Of a stretch of DNA of 64,000 nucleotides, positions 63,689 to 64,000 are shown one piece after another; position 1 is the stretch's first letter; each line of letters starts with the position of its first letter. A model generated the notes under the pieces. It worked only from the letters and a program-made list of their open reading frames with translations, ran no database searches and had not been told where the DNA came from. The position numbers and the translations under genes were made by a program. This stretch comes from Phycisphaerales bacterium (lineage in GTDB: Bacteria; Planctomycetota; Phycisphaerae; Phycisphaerales; SM1A02): the NCBI GenBank assembly GCA_012965315.1, contig DTSO01000030.1:26691-90690 (forward strand), in the 5' to 3' direction.

Positions 63689-64000
63689 TCAAGGATTATC
63701 CAAGCAATTACAGGGCAAAAATGCATCTATTATGCTTTCCATGCCTGGAAAGGTGGGTAACGAGATCGTTCGTCGGCCTAATTGTTCTGCCATTGGCAAG
63801 GGGATTTGGGGCGAAAGCCCAAATCTTTGAAATGCTGGTTCTTTATAAATTTCTGGGCATGGTCCAATCGTCGCCGCAATTCCGATTCTATTTAAACCAA
63901 GCAGTAAAGAGTCTCGAAGTTTTTCGTCTGAAACTGCTACTTCAACTCGATAATACGAGTGCTTTAGGTTACTCGGTACACGTAAAATTTCAACGCCATC
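63689..64000 (-). CDS. DegT-family aminotransferase, C-terminal 103 codons; gene runs off the window end
   Basis: The reverse complement translates as ...KHSYYRVEVAVSDEKLRDSLLLGLNRIGIAATIGPCPEIYKEPAFQRFGLSPQIPLPMAEQLGRRTISLPTFPGMES..., the typical C-terminal domain of sugar aminotransferases. Stop at 63689-63691. Confidence 0.7.
   Translation of the reverse strand, partial: DGVEILRVPSNLKHSYYRVEVAVSDEKLRDSLLLGLNRIGIAATIGPCPEIYKEPAFQRFGLSPQIPLPMAEQLGRRTISLPTFPGMESIIDAFLPCNCLDNP

Overview
This is a gene-dense, moderately AT-rich bacterial chromosome segment with about 70 CDS. Many adjacent genes overlap by 1, 4 or 11 nt, and several convergent pairs have zero or negative spacing. Some protein features suggest Planctomycetota/PVC, though this is inference only. 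These features are a PurS-PurL fusion, CxxCGY...CPECG zinc-ribbon membrane proteins, a dockerin-tagged secreted enzyme, xylose-isomerase-like TIM barrels, and long low-complexity tails on housekeeping proteins.

The content is mostly housekeeping:
- Chaperonins: groEL and groES.
- Translation: leuS, alaS, trpS, rpsL-rpsG.
- Nucleotide and folate metabolism: hpt, tmk, purSL-purQ, thyA-folA, folC.
- Cofactors: thiC, thiF, panB.
- Others: tpiA-secG, mgtE, xerD.
- A branched-chain amino-acid/acyl-CoA catabolic block: two crotonases, an acyl-CoA dehydrogenase, leucine dehydrogenase and BCKDH E1alpha/E1beta/E2.
- A WbpA/B/D/E-like plus CapD-like nucleotide-sugar cluster at the right end.

I found no rRNA, tRNA, CRISPR array, transposase, phage gene or recognisable defence gene, and I did not find a convincing multi-gene novel system.

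The most unusual loci are:
1. 24.5-25.7 kb: a self-contained orphan unit. A roughly 300-nt leader, sRNA or small-peptide region ends in a strong terminator 14 nt before a very acidic 220-aa orphan ORF, which has its own terminator.
2. 32045-32268: a near-perfect 126-nt-period tandem duplication inside a zinc-ribbon membrane gene.
3. 27733-28045: a frameshifted and internally deleted ArsM-like methyltransferase remnant.
4. 6851-7035: an unresolved folC start region, with a lysine-rich tail, a leaderless-type promoter and an overlapping SD-led ORF.
5. 56709: translational coupling of the BCKDH operon into nucleotide-sugar genes.

All calls come from reading the sequence and recalling family signatures. 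No searches were run.
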